Assembly: GCF_000315625.1 (NCBI RefSeq)
Contig: NW_005434523.1
Location: forward strand, 14,394 to 78,393
DNA from: Guillardia theta CCMP2712
Taxonomy: Eukaryota > Protista > Cryptophyta
Direction of reading: 5' to 3'
DNA: 64,000 bases
The translations under genes and the position numbers were made by a program. Below are positions 50,859 through 62,550 of the stretch, one piece after another; the first letter of the stretch is position 1; each line of letters starts with the position of its first letter. Under the pieces are notes generated by a model, which saw only the letters and a program-made list of their open reading frames with translations, ran no database searches and was not told where the DNA came from.

Positions 50859-51816
50859 ATGGTTCGGCCCTCTGCCTCCCCCGCCTCCAAGGCCGTCGCC
50901 CTCGCCTTCGCACAAGCGGTATGCCCCTCCCCCTCATCTCATCTCCTCCCTCCTCTGGCCTGACCCCTGCTCTCAGGTCTCCCGAGCCGTCCCTGCCTCC
51001 TTCAGCCACCTCTTCATCCCCCGCAAGGGCCGCCTCTCCCTCTACGACGCCCTCTGTGACTGCATCCCGGCCGCCGCCCGTAGCGCGGAGCAGACGTTCG
51101 GGGGGTACGGGGTGAGGGAGGTGGAGTTCAACAAGGTCCTCGAGCACAACGGCTTCACCAAGATCCGCGACCGCTGCATCCTCCCCGACGAGGTGGAGGC
51201 GACGGACTTCTCGAGGAGCAGCAGCGCGCGCTACTTCTTCTCCAACCGCCGCTGGAGGAACCCCGACGACCCCCACGAGCTCCAGGAGCTCCGGCAGGCC
51301 TGGCTCAAGCTCCGCCAGCTCGCGTGGATGCTCGGGGCGGACGTGAGCCTGGAGGCGCTGGAGCAGTGCTGCCGGGAGAGGTACGGGGCGTGGGCGGAGA
51401 TGACGGTGAACTGGAGCAAGGCGCCGCGTCGGGTGTACCGGAAGGCGAGGACGGGGACGAGAGGGAGAGGCGCGGGAGAGGAGTGCAAGCAGGGGATGGA
51501 GGGTACGATGATGAATGCTGCGGGTGTTGCAAGCGAGAGCAAGGGCGTAGAGGCATGGTCTCCTGCAACCTGGTCGTCGGGAGTGGAGGCCGCGGAGTCT
51601 CTGGAGGGAGCGGGGGCAGTGCAAGGCATCATGGTCGAGGACATCAAGTCAGTGAAGTCAGAGCCGTGGGAGCTGAGCCTGCTTGGCGAGGCGAGGGAGG
51701 AGGAGGAGAGCTGGCTGGAGGAGGAGCTTCCGTTTGTAGGGTGGTTAGAGACGCCGGAGGAGGTGACGGGCCTAGGGAGGGCGGTATGGAGCGGAGGAGA
51801 GCGCGGGAGTGCTTGA
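50859..51816 (+). CDS. Putative winged-helix family, copy 7; intron 50919-50976
   Basis: Intact; the tail is an internally shortened version of the copy 2 tail. Confidence 0.85.
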
Positions 51817-54021
51817 AGCTGGAAGGTTTTCATTTAACAGAGCTTGGTGGGGTATAGCTTACTTGCTGCTCTGCATTGTTTTACACAATTTAATGAATGA
51901 TTGATGATTTACGCTTGCATGGTTTGGCGTGTTTGCAACCATCGTCAAGCTAGTAGCAGCAGTAGCAGTAGCACTAGTCAATCACATTTGTTGCCACTGC
52001 ATCGTTTACTCTTTTTCTACACAGGTTTCCTCTTATCGTCAGGATGCAAGGAGGGCAAGTCCCAGGAGACTGGCGTTTGCATGCTAATCTGGTTTGCCTG
52101 GTTTACGCAGAGTCAAGGAATGTGTTTGATACTGAACTTACTGTCAACTCATTGTCGGCGGCTTGAAGGTGACCAGTCTTAGTCGGCAGCCAACAGTTAA
52201 CCAGCTACTGCAGTGAATGAGCTACCTCTCCTTGCTTTCCTCGTTCTACAAGCCCGAGCTCTTGTACTGCACCGATCAAGGACCGCCCGTAGCGCGGAGC
52301 AGACGTACGGGGGGTACGGGGTGAGCGAGGTGGAGTTGACCTTGTTCTTGTGCTTCTGCTTCTTCACACCTTACGCTGCTTCTACTGACCTTTGTGAGAA
52401 AGAATGTCGAACTCGAGAAACAACAATACTTCACCAAGATTTCAATTCTCTCCTAACTACCTGTAATTGAATGCTCAAATCATCACAGTTGGAACCCATC
52501 TCGACAAGTCTGCTTGTCGGGAGCATCAAGGGGTGGAGGCCCGGCTTCAACTTCGACGACTGCAGGCATGCAAGAGACCAGCAGGATAAGTCTTCACAAC
52601 CGGCACGAGGAACTGGTCAACGACGGGACGAATGATGTCAGCAGCAGAGCTGTTGATCGCTTAGATCAGGCTCTTTCAAGAAGTCTTGCAACTCAAGAGA
52701 GCTTGTTTCAAGATTGCTTGTCCCAGAATAAAGCTTGCTTTAAACAGTCTAGCTTCGCGTCCTTGAACGATGGTATGCAACCGAACCCAAATTCTTGCTG
52801 CTCGTCCTTGTTTGTGCCAAGATGAGCTTGACGTCCAATCTCTCATCACGTGCAGGGCCGGCAGCCAAGTTGAGGACTAACTCAAGCGCCGATGGCCACG
52901 TTATCAGTCAAAATTGCCCGACAAAGGCCACGACAAGACGCGCACAGAAAGCCAGTCTGACCCTCCGCCTCGCACAATCGACGATCGTCTCTTCGATGAG
53001 CTTAAGATGCTGATGGTAACTTGTTGTCCCATGCGTTGCCTATGACCGGCAAGGTTTCCGTCTCTGCTACCTGCTGACTCAACAATGCCGACGGTAACAT
53101 GATCAGCCGGAGCAAACATGAGGTCCATTATCCCTGCTCTCTTCTCACGTAAGATTTGTCAGGTCAGGTGGGGGGGGTTGTGTCATCGCTTGCATGTCCC
53201 CCCGCGACTGGAGGAGAGAGGAGCGGGTCTGCTTGAAGCCTGCCAACGCCTCAGGGCGGCACAGAAGAGCTTCTGACCGCCTTACACGGAGGTAGACTCC
53301 GAGACTACCGGGGGAGACGTAGAGCCTTGATCTTGAGATGCCGATGGTAACGTGACAACCACGACCGCAAGTCTAGTCCGCAAGCTGTCACGTCCCGCAG
53401 AAAACTTTATGACGTCTATCGCCTTCTCTCTCGCTCCAGCCACTAGAGCCGCAAGTAGGCGTGCAGATGGCTACGAGATAGGAGCGCTGATCAATACCTC
53501 CATGCCGCTTCAAGGCTCACCGCCTCGACCTCCGAGTCTCATCGCTAGTCCGGCACCGTCTGATCGTAAGTCCTCCCCTACCCTTCTAACTGTCATCTCC
53601 TCTTCGAGTCGATCATCCTTCCCTACTCTTTGAACTAGCTCTCCGGCCTCCCTCTGCTCTCGTCCAGCTGTACAACCCTCCTCGTCATCTCTCGCCCCCT
53701 CTCTCCGACCTCTCGAGCTACAATCAATCCTTGCCACACCTGCACTGACAGCCATTGCAAACGCTCCCTCTACCTGCTGATCCAAACCTCCTCATACCAA
53801 CTTCTCGGTCCCTCCTATACACTTGTCGCTCCTTCCCAAGTCACCATCATGGCCAAGAACCCCCATGGTAGCCTGCAATGGGGGGTACACAGGGGAAGGG
53901 TAGGATGTGAAGCTTACTAGCAAAGCTCTACATGACGGCTGGTTATTTCGAGGCTGGCAAAGGGCCTGTCCTGGTCTGGAATTTACTGCACAGCGAGATG
54001 AAGACGAGAAGCTCAAGAGAG

Positions 54022-54544
54022 AAGAGCAAGAGTCATGACCAGGCATGAAGACGAGCAAGAGTCATGACCAGGCACGAAGACGAGCAAGAGTCATGACGAG
54101 GCACGAAGACGAGCAAGAGTCATGACCAGGCATGAAGACGAGCAAGAGTCATGACGAGGCACGAAGACGAGCAAGAGTCATGACCAGGCACGAAGACGAG
54201 CAAGAGTCATGACCAGGCACGAAGACGAGCAAGAGTCATGACGAGGCACGAAGACGAGCAAGAGTCATGACGAGGCACGAAGACGAGCAAGAGTCATGAC
54301 CAGGCACGAAGACGAGCAAGAGTCATGACCAGGCACGAAGACGAGCAAGAGTCATGACGAGGCACGAAGACGAGCAAGAGTCATGACGAGGCACGAAGAC
54401 GAGCAAGAGTCATGACCAGGCACGAAGACGAGCAAGAGTCATGACCAGGCACGAAGACGAGCAAGAGTCATGACGAGGCACGAAGACGAGCAAGAGTCAT
54501 GACGAGGCACGAAGACGAGCAAGAGTCATGACGAGGCACGAAGA
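54022..54544 (-). repeat. 29-bp minisatellite, about 18 copies (inverted partner of 38312-38688)
   Basis: ACGAGCAAGAGTCATGAC(C/G)AGGCACGAAG. Confidence 0.95.
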
Positions 54545-55350
54545 AGAGGTCACCTGAGGAGATGAAGATGAGATAGGCTGATGAATGCGTTAGCAAAGAG
54601 AAGAGTGGCGGAGGAGGGGAGAATGCAAGGGTAGCAAAGTGGGGAAAACATGGAATAGCGTTGGAATAAGGACCGAAGAGGAGGAGACACGCGCATTGCA
54701 TGAGGGACAAGACAAGAAGATCAAGAGTTCATGGGCTGAGTACTCAGATCGATGGAGTGGAAAACGCTGATGAGGCCGGGAAGGGAGGAGGGAAGGGAGA
54801 GCGATAATGAAATCAATAGCTGTCAACAATAGATCAATGCTTCAACAGTGTTTGAAATAGATCAATTTTTCAAGAGCAGTTTCATTGTCTCCATTCTCGA
54901 AAGCAGATTGCAGCGAACTAGCGCCTAGTGGAGATGATTGCAAGAATAGGTCTTACATTAAAGAGTATAATATCAATGCTTGAGAGGTATGAGGCTGGGG
55001 AGGTAACCACAAGCAGTACGTGATCGATCCTGGTACGTCACAAGCAAACGGATACTTTCCTGCAGTGACTGGAGGCCGCCAGGTCTCGCAATCGTTACGG
55101 GGCAGCAGTCTGCGTGAGCATGGAGGGAGCGGTAGCGACCAGGAACCCTCGAAGAGCCGCACATCCTGGCGCACTGATGGTGGAAGGGACGTGACGACAA
55201 TGCAGCTGGACTCAGGTAGCGTCATCGCCACCAAGTCTTTCTTTGTCACGGTCCGAAGAGTAAAACGACATGTACAAGAGTCGGCACTGACCTCTGCTAA
55301 CTCCAAGGCTTCGGGAGCTCCAGGGCCACAACCTATCAGATCATTGCAAG

Positions 55351-55640
55351 TTAGCTGAAGTCCAATCCTGTTTCTTCAAGAAACAACTTGGTTGCTGACG
55401 TGATGCGCTGAAGGTCAGTCTGTAGAGATTGATCTCGGAGGCGTTCAAAGAACGCTCGAGGATGAATCTTGGTCATGAGATCTGCAAGGTTACCTTGGGT
55501 ACTGATATGAAAGATCTCTATGATGCCTTCCTGAGCTTTCTCACGTACATAATGGAATTGCATATCAGAGTGACATGATCTGCCCTGATGGAGGGAGTGT
55601 TGAGAAAATTGATTATCCACGTAGATAATGGAAGGAGCTG
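55351..55640 (-). mobile_element. Ty1/Copia RNase H C-terminal fragment
   Basis: IIYVDNQ...HSDMQFHYVREKAQEGIIEIFHISTQGNLADLMTK, the typical Copia RNase H ending. Confidence 0.8.
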
Positions 55641-55735
55641 AAAGAGTATGTGCAGCTCTTGAACCAGGTTGCGCAGATACACTACATTGTAGAACGCCAT
55701 TGAGAACGCCCGCTTCCATGCTGCTGGTGCCACCC

Positions 55736-58700
55736 ATGATGGCCAGGAGTCGAGACATCGATTTCGTTCCAAGGCCGTCATATGATCCTCAGGATTCTGA
55801 GATCAAGGAGGAATCAACGGTTCTCGCAGAAAATGACACTAATCAACGGCTGCTTATTGAACTTGCTGAAAGTCAGGCTAAGATCGCACAGCTGCAGGAA
55901 ATTGTGGCTGCTTTGAAGGGTCAATGCCAGACGCCAAGTGGGGAAGGACAGGAGAATCGTCATCCATCTTCCACAGGACCAGCGGAACCGAAGAAAGTCA
56001 AGAGGCTTTTTGATTCGCGCAACTCGAGGAAATTCAATGGTGAGATGGAAGTGGCCCTGAGTTCTCAGTTGTCAGCTGGTTGGCGACGTTGGAGTTCCAG
56101 CTGATGTCTTCCACAGGAGCAGTGGGTCAACTCTGCTAAAGGCTTCACGGGTGAGAATGTGACCAACTGCCTGCTGGAACGCGAGCATGGATAGACAGGA
56201 GAAGATGAAGTGGGAGGCATTGAATACAGGACGGATGTCATGGGAAGACTTTACCAAACTCATGAAGAAGATGCGGTTGTCTCCAGATTTTCCGATCCGG
56301 CTGATGACTCTATTGCGGGACATGAAGCAGGGCCCGAAAGAGTCAATCTCCAACTTCATTCAGAGATATTCGGCGATGACGAATCTGCTAGTTGCTTTTT
56401 CTCCGGATAAGGTATCGTTCGGCAACTTCGTCATCGAACAGATATTTGTGAACAACGTGTCCTCAAGAACTGTTCAATCGCGGCTGATTGAACTGTTGTC
56501 ACCACTTCGGGAAGCGGCAAGGGCATACGCACAGGAGGCGGGCCAGGAGTACATGGTACCGTTGGCTTCAAGTTGCTACCTACCCACACTGTTCGAGAAG
56601 GCAGTTTCTGCGGCCCCGTGCAAAGTTGATACGGCTGCGACAGTGGCACTTGGAGCCGCTCGATCCGGTAAGGAAGACAGGAGCTCTATGAAGCAAAGGA
56701 TAGGAAGCGGCTCAGGTGTTTCGAGTGCGGAGAAGAAGGGCACATACGTGCGAAGTGTCCGAAACTGACCAGCACTCAGCCTTTGAACGAGGATCGTCGC
56801 CTAGCGAAGGGGAGACCCTAGGCGACGCCAACCCCTCCCTCCCCCCTTCCTTCCCTGTGCCATCACTTACACGCTTCCACAGGATCAGCGGTCGCAACGC
56901 AAAAACAAATGTTGACCACGCCTTTCAAGGTCCTGCATGGCGGTGTTGGACGGGAGGAAAGAAACGCTGCGTGCACTACTGGATACAGGGGCGGACGAGA
57001 CCTTCATCGATGAGCAGGTGGCTCGGAGGATGGGGCTCTGGTCGGACTAAAGCGCGCAGCTCGGGTCAGACGAACCCATCGCGGTGGAGATGGTGAACGG
57101 TGTTCGTGAGATATCCAATGGATCTGTGACACTTGAGTTTGCTTTGGGACCACGATTCCAGAGTCAGGCAAGGTTCTACATCATCTGCCTCCAGCATACT
57201 GACGTGATTCTTTCGTCGATTGACGAGTGGAAAGCAGATGCCCGGTTTAGAAAAGGTCGAGTACAGCTTCCGGTGGAGGTACGACCAGATCATGCGGACA
57301 AGTCACGCCGACTGTGCTTGTCTACTGAGGAGTTAATGCATGATATTCGGGCTGGTGAAGTCGTGGAGTTTTATCAGATCAATCTAGCACAGAAGACGAC
57401 GACTGATGGGAATGATCAAACTCAGTTGTACACCAAACAGCTTCTGAAGGATTACCAGGACGTTGTTGTGGATGAGATCCCGGTGGGAGCGAAGTCAAAT
57501 CGTGAGTTCTAGGCTAAAATCGAGTTACGTGAAGGTGCTCAACCAGTTCAGAGCAAGCCTTATCCGATTCCAATCGCACTTGAGGGAGACTACAGGAGGC
57601 TTTATCGTACATGCTGCAAAGGGATATGAACGAACTCTCATCTCATCGTCAGTCTTCTCTAGCCCTGTGATCTGTGGGAAGAAGAAGGATGGAGCTGCAA
57701 GGTTTTGTGTGAACTTGAGGAATATCAATCAAATCGTAGGGAACCATGACTATCCGCTACCGATTGTTCAAGGGTTGATCGAGCGGATTGGACGAAGGAT
57801 ACAACAACGCAAACCCGAGCTGATGCAAGAAGGGGTCTGCCGGAGCAGATCAGAGTCTGTATCTCCAGCATGGACGTCTCTCGTTCATATTGGCAGGTCG
57901 AGCTGGAAGAGGGTTTCAAACCCATCACCTCGTTTGTTTGCAAGTTGGGCAAGTTTCACTTTACCAGCCTACCCCTCGGATTGGTCGACTCAGATTCTCA
58001 GTTCCAACGCTTCTTAGAGTCAGTGTTGAAAGGCTTGGAGGATACATTCTCGTACATTGACGATGTGACATCAATTTCAGTCGGGACGATACAAGATCAT
58101 CATCGTCAGATCCGAGGTGTTCTGGACCAATTTTGGAAGGAGACGCTTTTTGTGAAGAAATCAAAATGTCAGTTCTTTGTCAATGAGCTGGATTTCTTGG
58201 GATTTCGTATTGGAGAATCAGGAATTCGTACGCAACAGCCGAAGGTGGAGGCTATTCTGGCGCGACCGGCGCCTAGCAACGTGAAAGAAGTGAAATCTTG
58301 GCTGGGAGTAGGGAACTACTATAGGCGATTTATCCCTGAGTTCGCGGAGCTAGACATACCCCTGACCAATCTTTTGAAGGAGAATTTCAAGTTTGTGTCG
58401 GACGAGGCTTGCCAAGCGTCCCTAGATCAGTTGAAGAAGGCGTTCGTCAACCTCCGGTTCTTCAATATTTCAATCCAGATTTGCACCCCATCTGTTTGTC
58501 GATGCAAGTGATAAGGCGATTGGAGCAACAGTGATGCAACAGTCAGACGGACAAACATTTCTACCTGTGGGCTTCTGCAGCAAAAGATTGAACCCGGCAC
58601 AGATGAACTATCCTGTTCGTGAACGAGAATGTTTAGCGATTGTGTCGGCCTTGCTGCATTTTCAATACTTTCTGTATGGGCAGAAAATTGTCATCCATAC

Positions 58701-59752
58701 GGACCATCAGAGTTTGAAATACTTGCTTTCTCAGAAGTGTCTGAAAGGACGGTTGTTCAGGTGGACTCAACTACTTGCGGACTACACTCTCGAAGAAGTG
58801 CAGTATTTCCCTGGAACCGAGAACGTCTTGGCTGATTTTCTTTCGAGACCTTCTGACCTAGTAGGGACAGAGAGTGGAATAGTGATGGCTGAGTCATCTA
58901 CCATCGCTGATGATACTCCTGGAAGATTCAATTCAGATCCCACGGTATTTGCAGTGAACAACATTCAACCTTGGATGTTGGCTCTCAGCCTCCTGCTCCC
59001 ATCGTCGCGGCAGATGGTGACTTCTACGGAGTGAAAAAGATTTTGCGTCGTCGGGGCTCAGGCAATCGTACAGAATATCTTGTTCGATGGGAGGGCTATG
59101 ATGATCCTATTCAAGATTCTTGGCTCCCATCTTCTGAGTTACGAGCGCCTACTTTGCGCAAGATGGTGCGCGACTTTAATGATGCTCTGCGTCGACATTG
59201 ATCTTTTGAGGTTGCTTGCTTTCTTTAACTTCAACAGCGAAGTACTTGGTTGCTCCAAGCTCAACAAGCTTGCAAGTGGGAACGAAATGTTACGAAAAGG
59301 TTACCGTAAGTTTCTGCCGGCCGTTGTTCTTCTGGTAGTCATTTTGATTTGAGAATGAAACGATGCGATTGACTGTCCCAGATTTTGCTTTTCGAATGGG
59401 TAGGCACTATATGGAAATATACTATTAGCTCAATCGAGAAAAATTGTTAGAATGTAGGGAGGGTACGCTGCTATATGAGCAGTCAGGGGACCCCACCCCC
59501 TGTCAGTATATATTGAAAGCACCTGTGAATATTTCGGGTTAAATTTCAAATCACTTTGAATAAAGTCAAAAACTTGGAATCTGGGAGCCGGCGGGAAACG
59601 GCCCTAAAAGGCCTTTCTGACCGAGGACGTCGTTTGTTCTAGACAGGTTCAGGCAGAGGCAGTGGTGTGTGTGTGTGCTGGTAAAACTCTTTCTCTACTT
59701 CCTTGTTGTGAGTTGAGAGATCAGATAGTAACAGTAGATCCACGTCCTAACA
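55736..59752 (+). mobile_element. Degenerate Ty3/Gypsy chromovirus (element 2): gag-PR-RT-RH-chromodomain, no integrase, 5' LTR not seen
   Basis: Gag (MKQGPKESISNF; zinc knuckle CFECGEEGHIRAKC at 56717). Protease ALLDTGA at ~56975. RT KKKDGAARFCV, SYWQV, YIDD, FLGF. RNase H DASD, NYPVRERECLAIV, TDHQSL, ADFLSR. Chromodomain YLVRWEGY..DSW ending at 59201. Many stops and frameshifts. Candidate LTR is TGTTAC 59288...GTAACA 59733 or TGTTAG 59445...CTAACA 59752. Confidence 0.9.
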
Positions 59753-60341
59753 AAAAGACAAGTACACGACAGAGAAGAAAATATCAAATCTGATTGTATT
59801 AAAAAGGCAGGCAAGGCAGGCATATTCGAGAAGAAATACCGAGAAACTCTTTCCTTAAACTTCATGCCGCCTCAGTGCGCTGTTGAGTCGATGCTTTTAC
59901 ATGTGCAATCTCATGTCTCATCTAAATATCTCTCAGCCGAGCTTTCTAATGATCGAACTATCATGTCTGATCAAGCTTACTCTGTCCACTTACACCCGCA
60001 AGACTTTGCCTACGGTAAATGCCTTCCAATCCTGCTGTCGTCTCATTCACGCTATTCAAAGTCCCGGGATCAGCTTTCATCGCTCTCCATCTTGCAAACT
60101 TATCTGTCTCTCCCTCTTCTCTCGTACGCTTCCCCCGCTCCCCCTTCGTAGGCTCCGCAGCTCCAACATCCACCTGCTCAGGCTGTCTCCCTACAAGCGA
60201 CTTGAAGCACATTTATTGTTCTACCGCTTCAACACAAACATTCATATCAGCCCTGGGTGACTTAACGCGAATTGACTCGCCTCCTACGCTCCCTCCCTCC
60301 ACGTCCCCGCTTGCTCCCTATACAGACCCTCTCCTCTTTCT

Positions 60342-61265
60342 TCAAGCCCATCCCCATCCGTCGCTCCACACAGAGCAGACCGTCCTCCCTAAGCCCGTCA
60401 CCTCCTCCGGCGTCTCCCACCATCCTACCCGCGGGAGCTCTTCTTTCTCCAGCAAGCTCTCCTCCTCCTCCTCCCTCGCCTCGCCTGGGATGCTCAGATC
60501 GAAGGGCTCCTCCTTGACAGACATGACACCAGGCCAGACGCTGGACAAGCCATCGAATGCGATCTCATCCTCGTCGTGTGCCTCAACCGATCTTGTTTCT
60601 GACCCCTCCTCCACCCACGCCCCCTCCTTCCCAGAGACTTTCTTCCCTTCCAATCCATCCTTCTTGCCTGCCTTGTGCTTGTTGCGGTACACCCGACGCG
60701 GCGCCTTGCTCCAGTTCACCGTCATCTCCGCCCACGCCCCGTACCTCTCCCGGCAGCACTGCTCCAGCGCCTCCAGGCTCACGTCCGCCCCGAGCCTCCA
60801 CGCGAGCTGGCGGAGCTTGAGCCAGGCCTGCCGGAGCTCCTGGAGCTCGTGGGGGTCGTCGGGGTTCCTCCAGCGGCGGTTGGAGAAGAAGTAGCGCGCG
60901 CTGCTGCTCCTCGAGAAGTCCGTCGCCTCCACCTCGTCGGGGAGGATGCAGCGGTCGCGGATCTTGGTGAAGCCGTTGTGCTCGAGGACCTTGTTGAACT
61001 CCACCTCCCTCACCCCGTACCCCCCGAACGTCTGCTCCGCGCTACGGGCGGCGGCCGGGATGCAGTCGCAGAGGGCGTCGTACAGGGAGAGGCGGCCCTT
61101 GCGGGGGATGAAGAGGTGGCTGAGGGAGGCAGGGACGGCTCGGGAGACCTGAGAGTAGAGGTGAGGTCTGAGGAGGAAAGGGTCATGAGGAGAGGAGGGG
61201 CATACCGCTTGGGCGAAGGCGAGTGCGACGGCCTTGGAGGCGGGGGAGGCAGAGGGCCGGACCAT
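60342..61265 (-). CDS. Putative winged-helix family, copy 8; intron 61149-61205
   Basis: Intact two-exon gene with a further tail type. Confidence 0.85.
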   Translation of the reverse strand: MVRPSASPASKAVALAFAQAVCPSSPHDPFLLRPHLYSQVSRAVPASLSHLFIPRKGRLSLYDALCDCIPAAARSAEQTFGGYGVREVEFNKVLEHNGFTKIRDRCILPDEVEATDFSRSSSARYFFSNRRWRNPDDPHELQELRQAWLKLRQLAWRLGADVSLEALEQCCRERYGAWAEMTVNWSKAPRRVYRNKHKAGKKDGLEGKKVSGKEGAWVEEGSETRSVEAHDEDEIAFDGLSSVWPGVMSVKEEPFDLSIPGEAREEEEESLLEKEELPRVGWWETPEEVTGLGRTVCSVWSDGWGWA

Positions 61266-61551
61266 GGATGTATCGTACTGTGTGAGATGTGGGGGAAGTG
61301 CCAAGTGCTGTTGCAGGGCCAAGGGAGGTATGTGGGTACGGATACTACTTGAGGGAGAGGGAGAACACTTGGGGACACGCCAGGGAACGGGGAGAGTACA
61401 CCCCACCCCCATTCGCTTCCGCACCCGTTTTCCCCTCGAAAATAGACCGGTACTCCGCAAATACATTTTGATCTCCCACCCCCTAGATTGCCCTTGTTTT
61501 CACCCCTACTCGATGAGATTTCATAAAATTGCCTTTTAGGCACCGAAAATT

Positions 61552-61573
61552 AAGATTCCGATGGTAACGTGAC
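61552..61573 (-). promoter_or_regulatory. X-box-like motif upstream of copy 8 (between divergent copies 8 and 9)
   Basis: AAGATTCCGATGGTAACGTGAC followed by CGTCAACTTAC, as at 48290. Confidence 0.7.
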
Positions 61574-62550
61574 CGTCAACTTACAGTTCAGCAGTAAAGA
61601 AAAAAATAGTAATTTTTCTTTTTTCGGGATCTTCCTGGGTCAGTAATAAACGACTGTACACTGCCACCCCCCTTGCGGACACAATTTTCAGGGGTCCTTC
61701 CATGGGGAGCCTCCGACAATTTTGTGTGCGGAAGTTCACACGGAAAGTTCCGGGCTGGCCTCAGGCAGATACTATTATTTTATATCACTCTCTCCTGGAT
61801 CATCCGTTATCATTCCGTTATGATGGGCGCAGGGACCATTAGGTCCAATTGTGTGTGGTACTAATTTTTACTCAAGCGGCCCTGCAGATTTCAAGAACTT
61901 TCAGTGAATCTTCGTAAAAGTCTATTTTAGCTGAATCGCGCGATTGTGAAACGTTGAGTTTGAATATGATCGTGCAAGCCTCTATGTGAAGCCTCGGGTG
62001 GGGAGACGGGCACGAAAACTTATACCTCGAAAACCGGTCCGCCGGACCCGGGCGGTCACGGTGGCGACCGGAGGCGCCGAGGCTGGGAGGCCGCCGTGGA
62101 AAAGCTCACAATAGCAAAGTTAAACTTTAGTAAAGCCAGTTGCTGGTTGTATGAAGCTCTTTGAGGACTCAGAAAAAAAGGCAAAAACCGACCGGAGGGA
62201 GGAAAGTTTTTGGTTCAGATATAGCGCATGTTTTTTTCCTGTACTCCCGATCCGACGGAATCTCGAGAGCTCTTGGCGGTATCAATGACTGGGTGCATTA
62301 TACTCCGGCTGGTGCCGAACCTCGCCTTGCTGAAAGAAGTGGTACTCAGTCGACGAAACGGTGTGAGATCATTCGGCAATAAGCGTAAAAGTAGTTTTAG
62401 TTGTCAACTATAAGTCCTCCTTTGCCGTTCCCCCCTCTTCATCTCTCCTTCCCCGTCCATCCAAGCCATCAATCCCCTTCAACAGCAGATCAAGCCACCT
62501 CATTACTCTCCTCGCCCCTTGCTACCTCCCGTCGTTGAAGACATTCCACC

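Larger units (their letters stand above)
38278..54577. repeat. ~16-kb imperfect palindrome enclosing family copies 2-7
   Basis: 38278-39696 is inverted to 53014-54577, ~40197-40300 to ~52748-52853, and ~40935-41655 to ~51655-52438. Copies 2-4 are on - and copies 5-7 on +. Confidence 0.85.
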
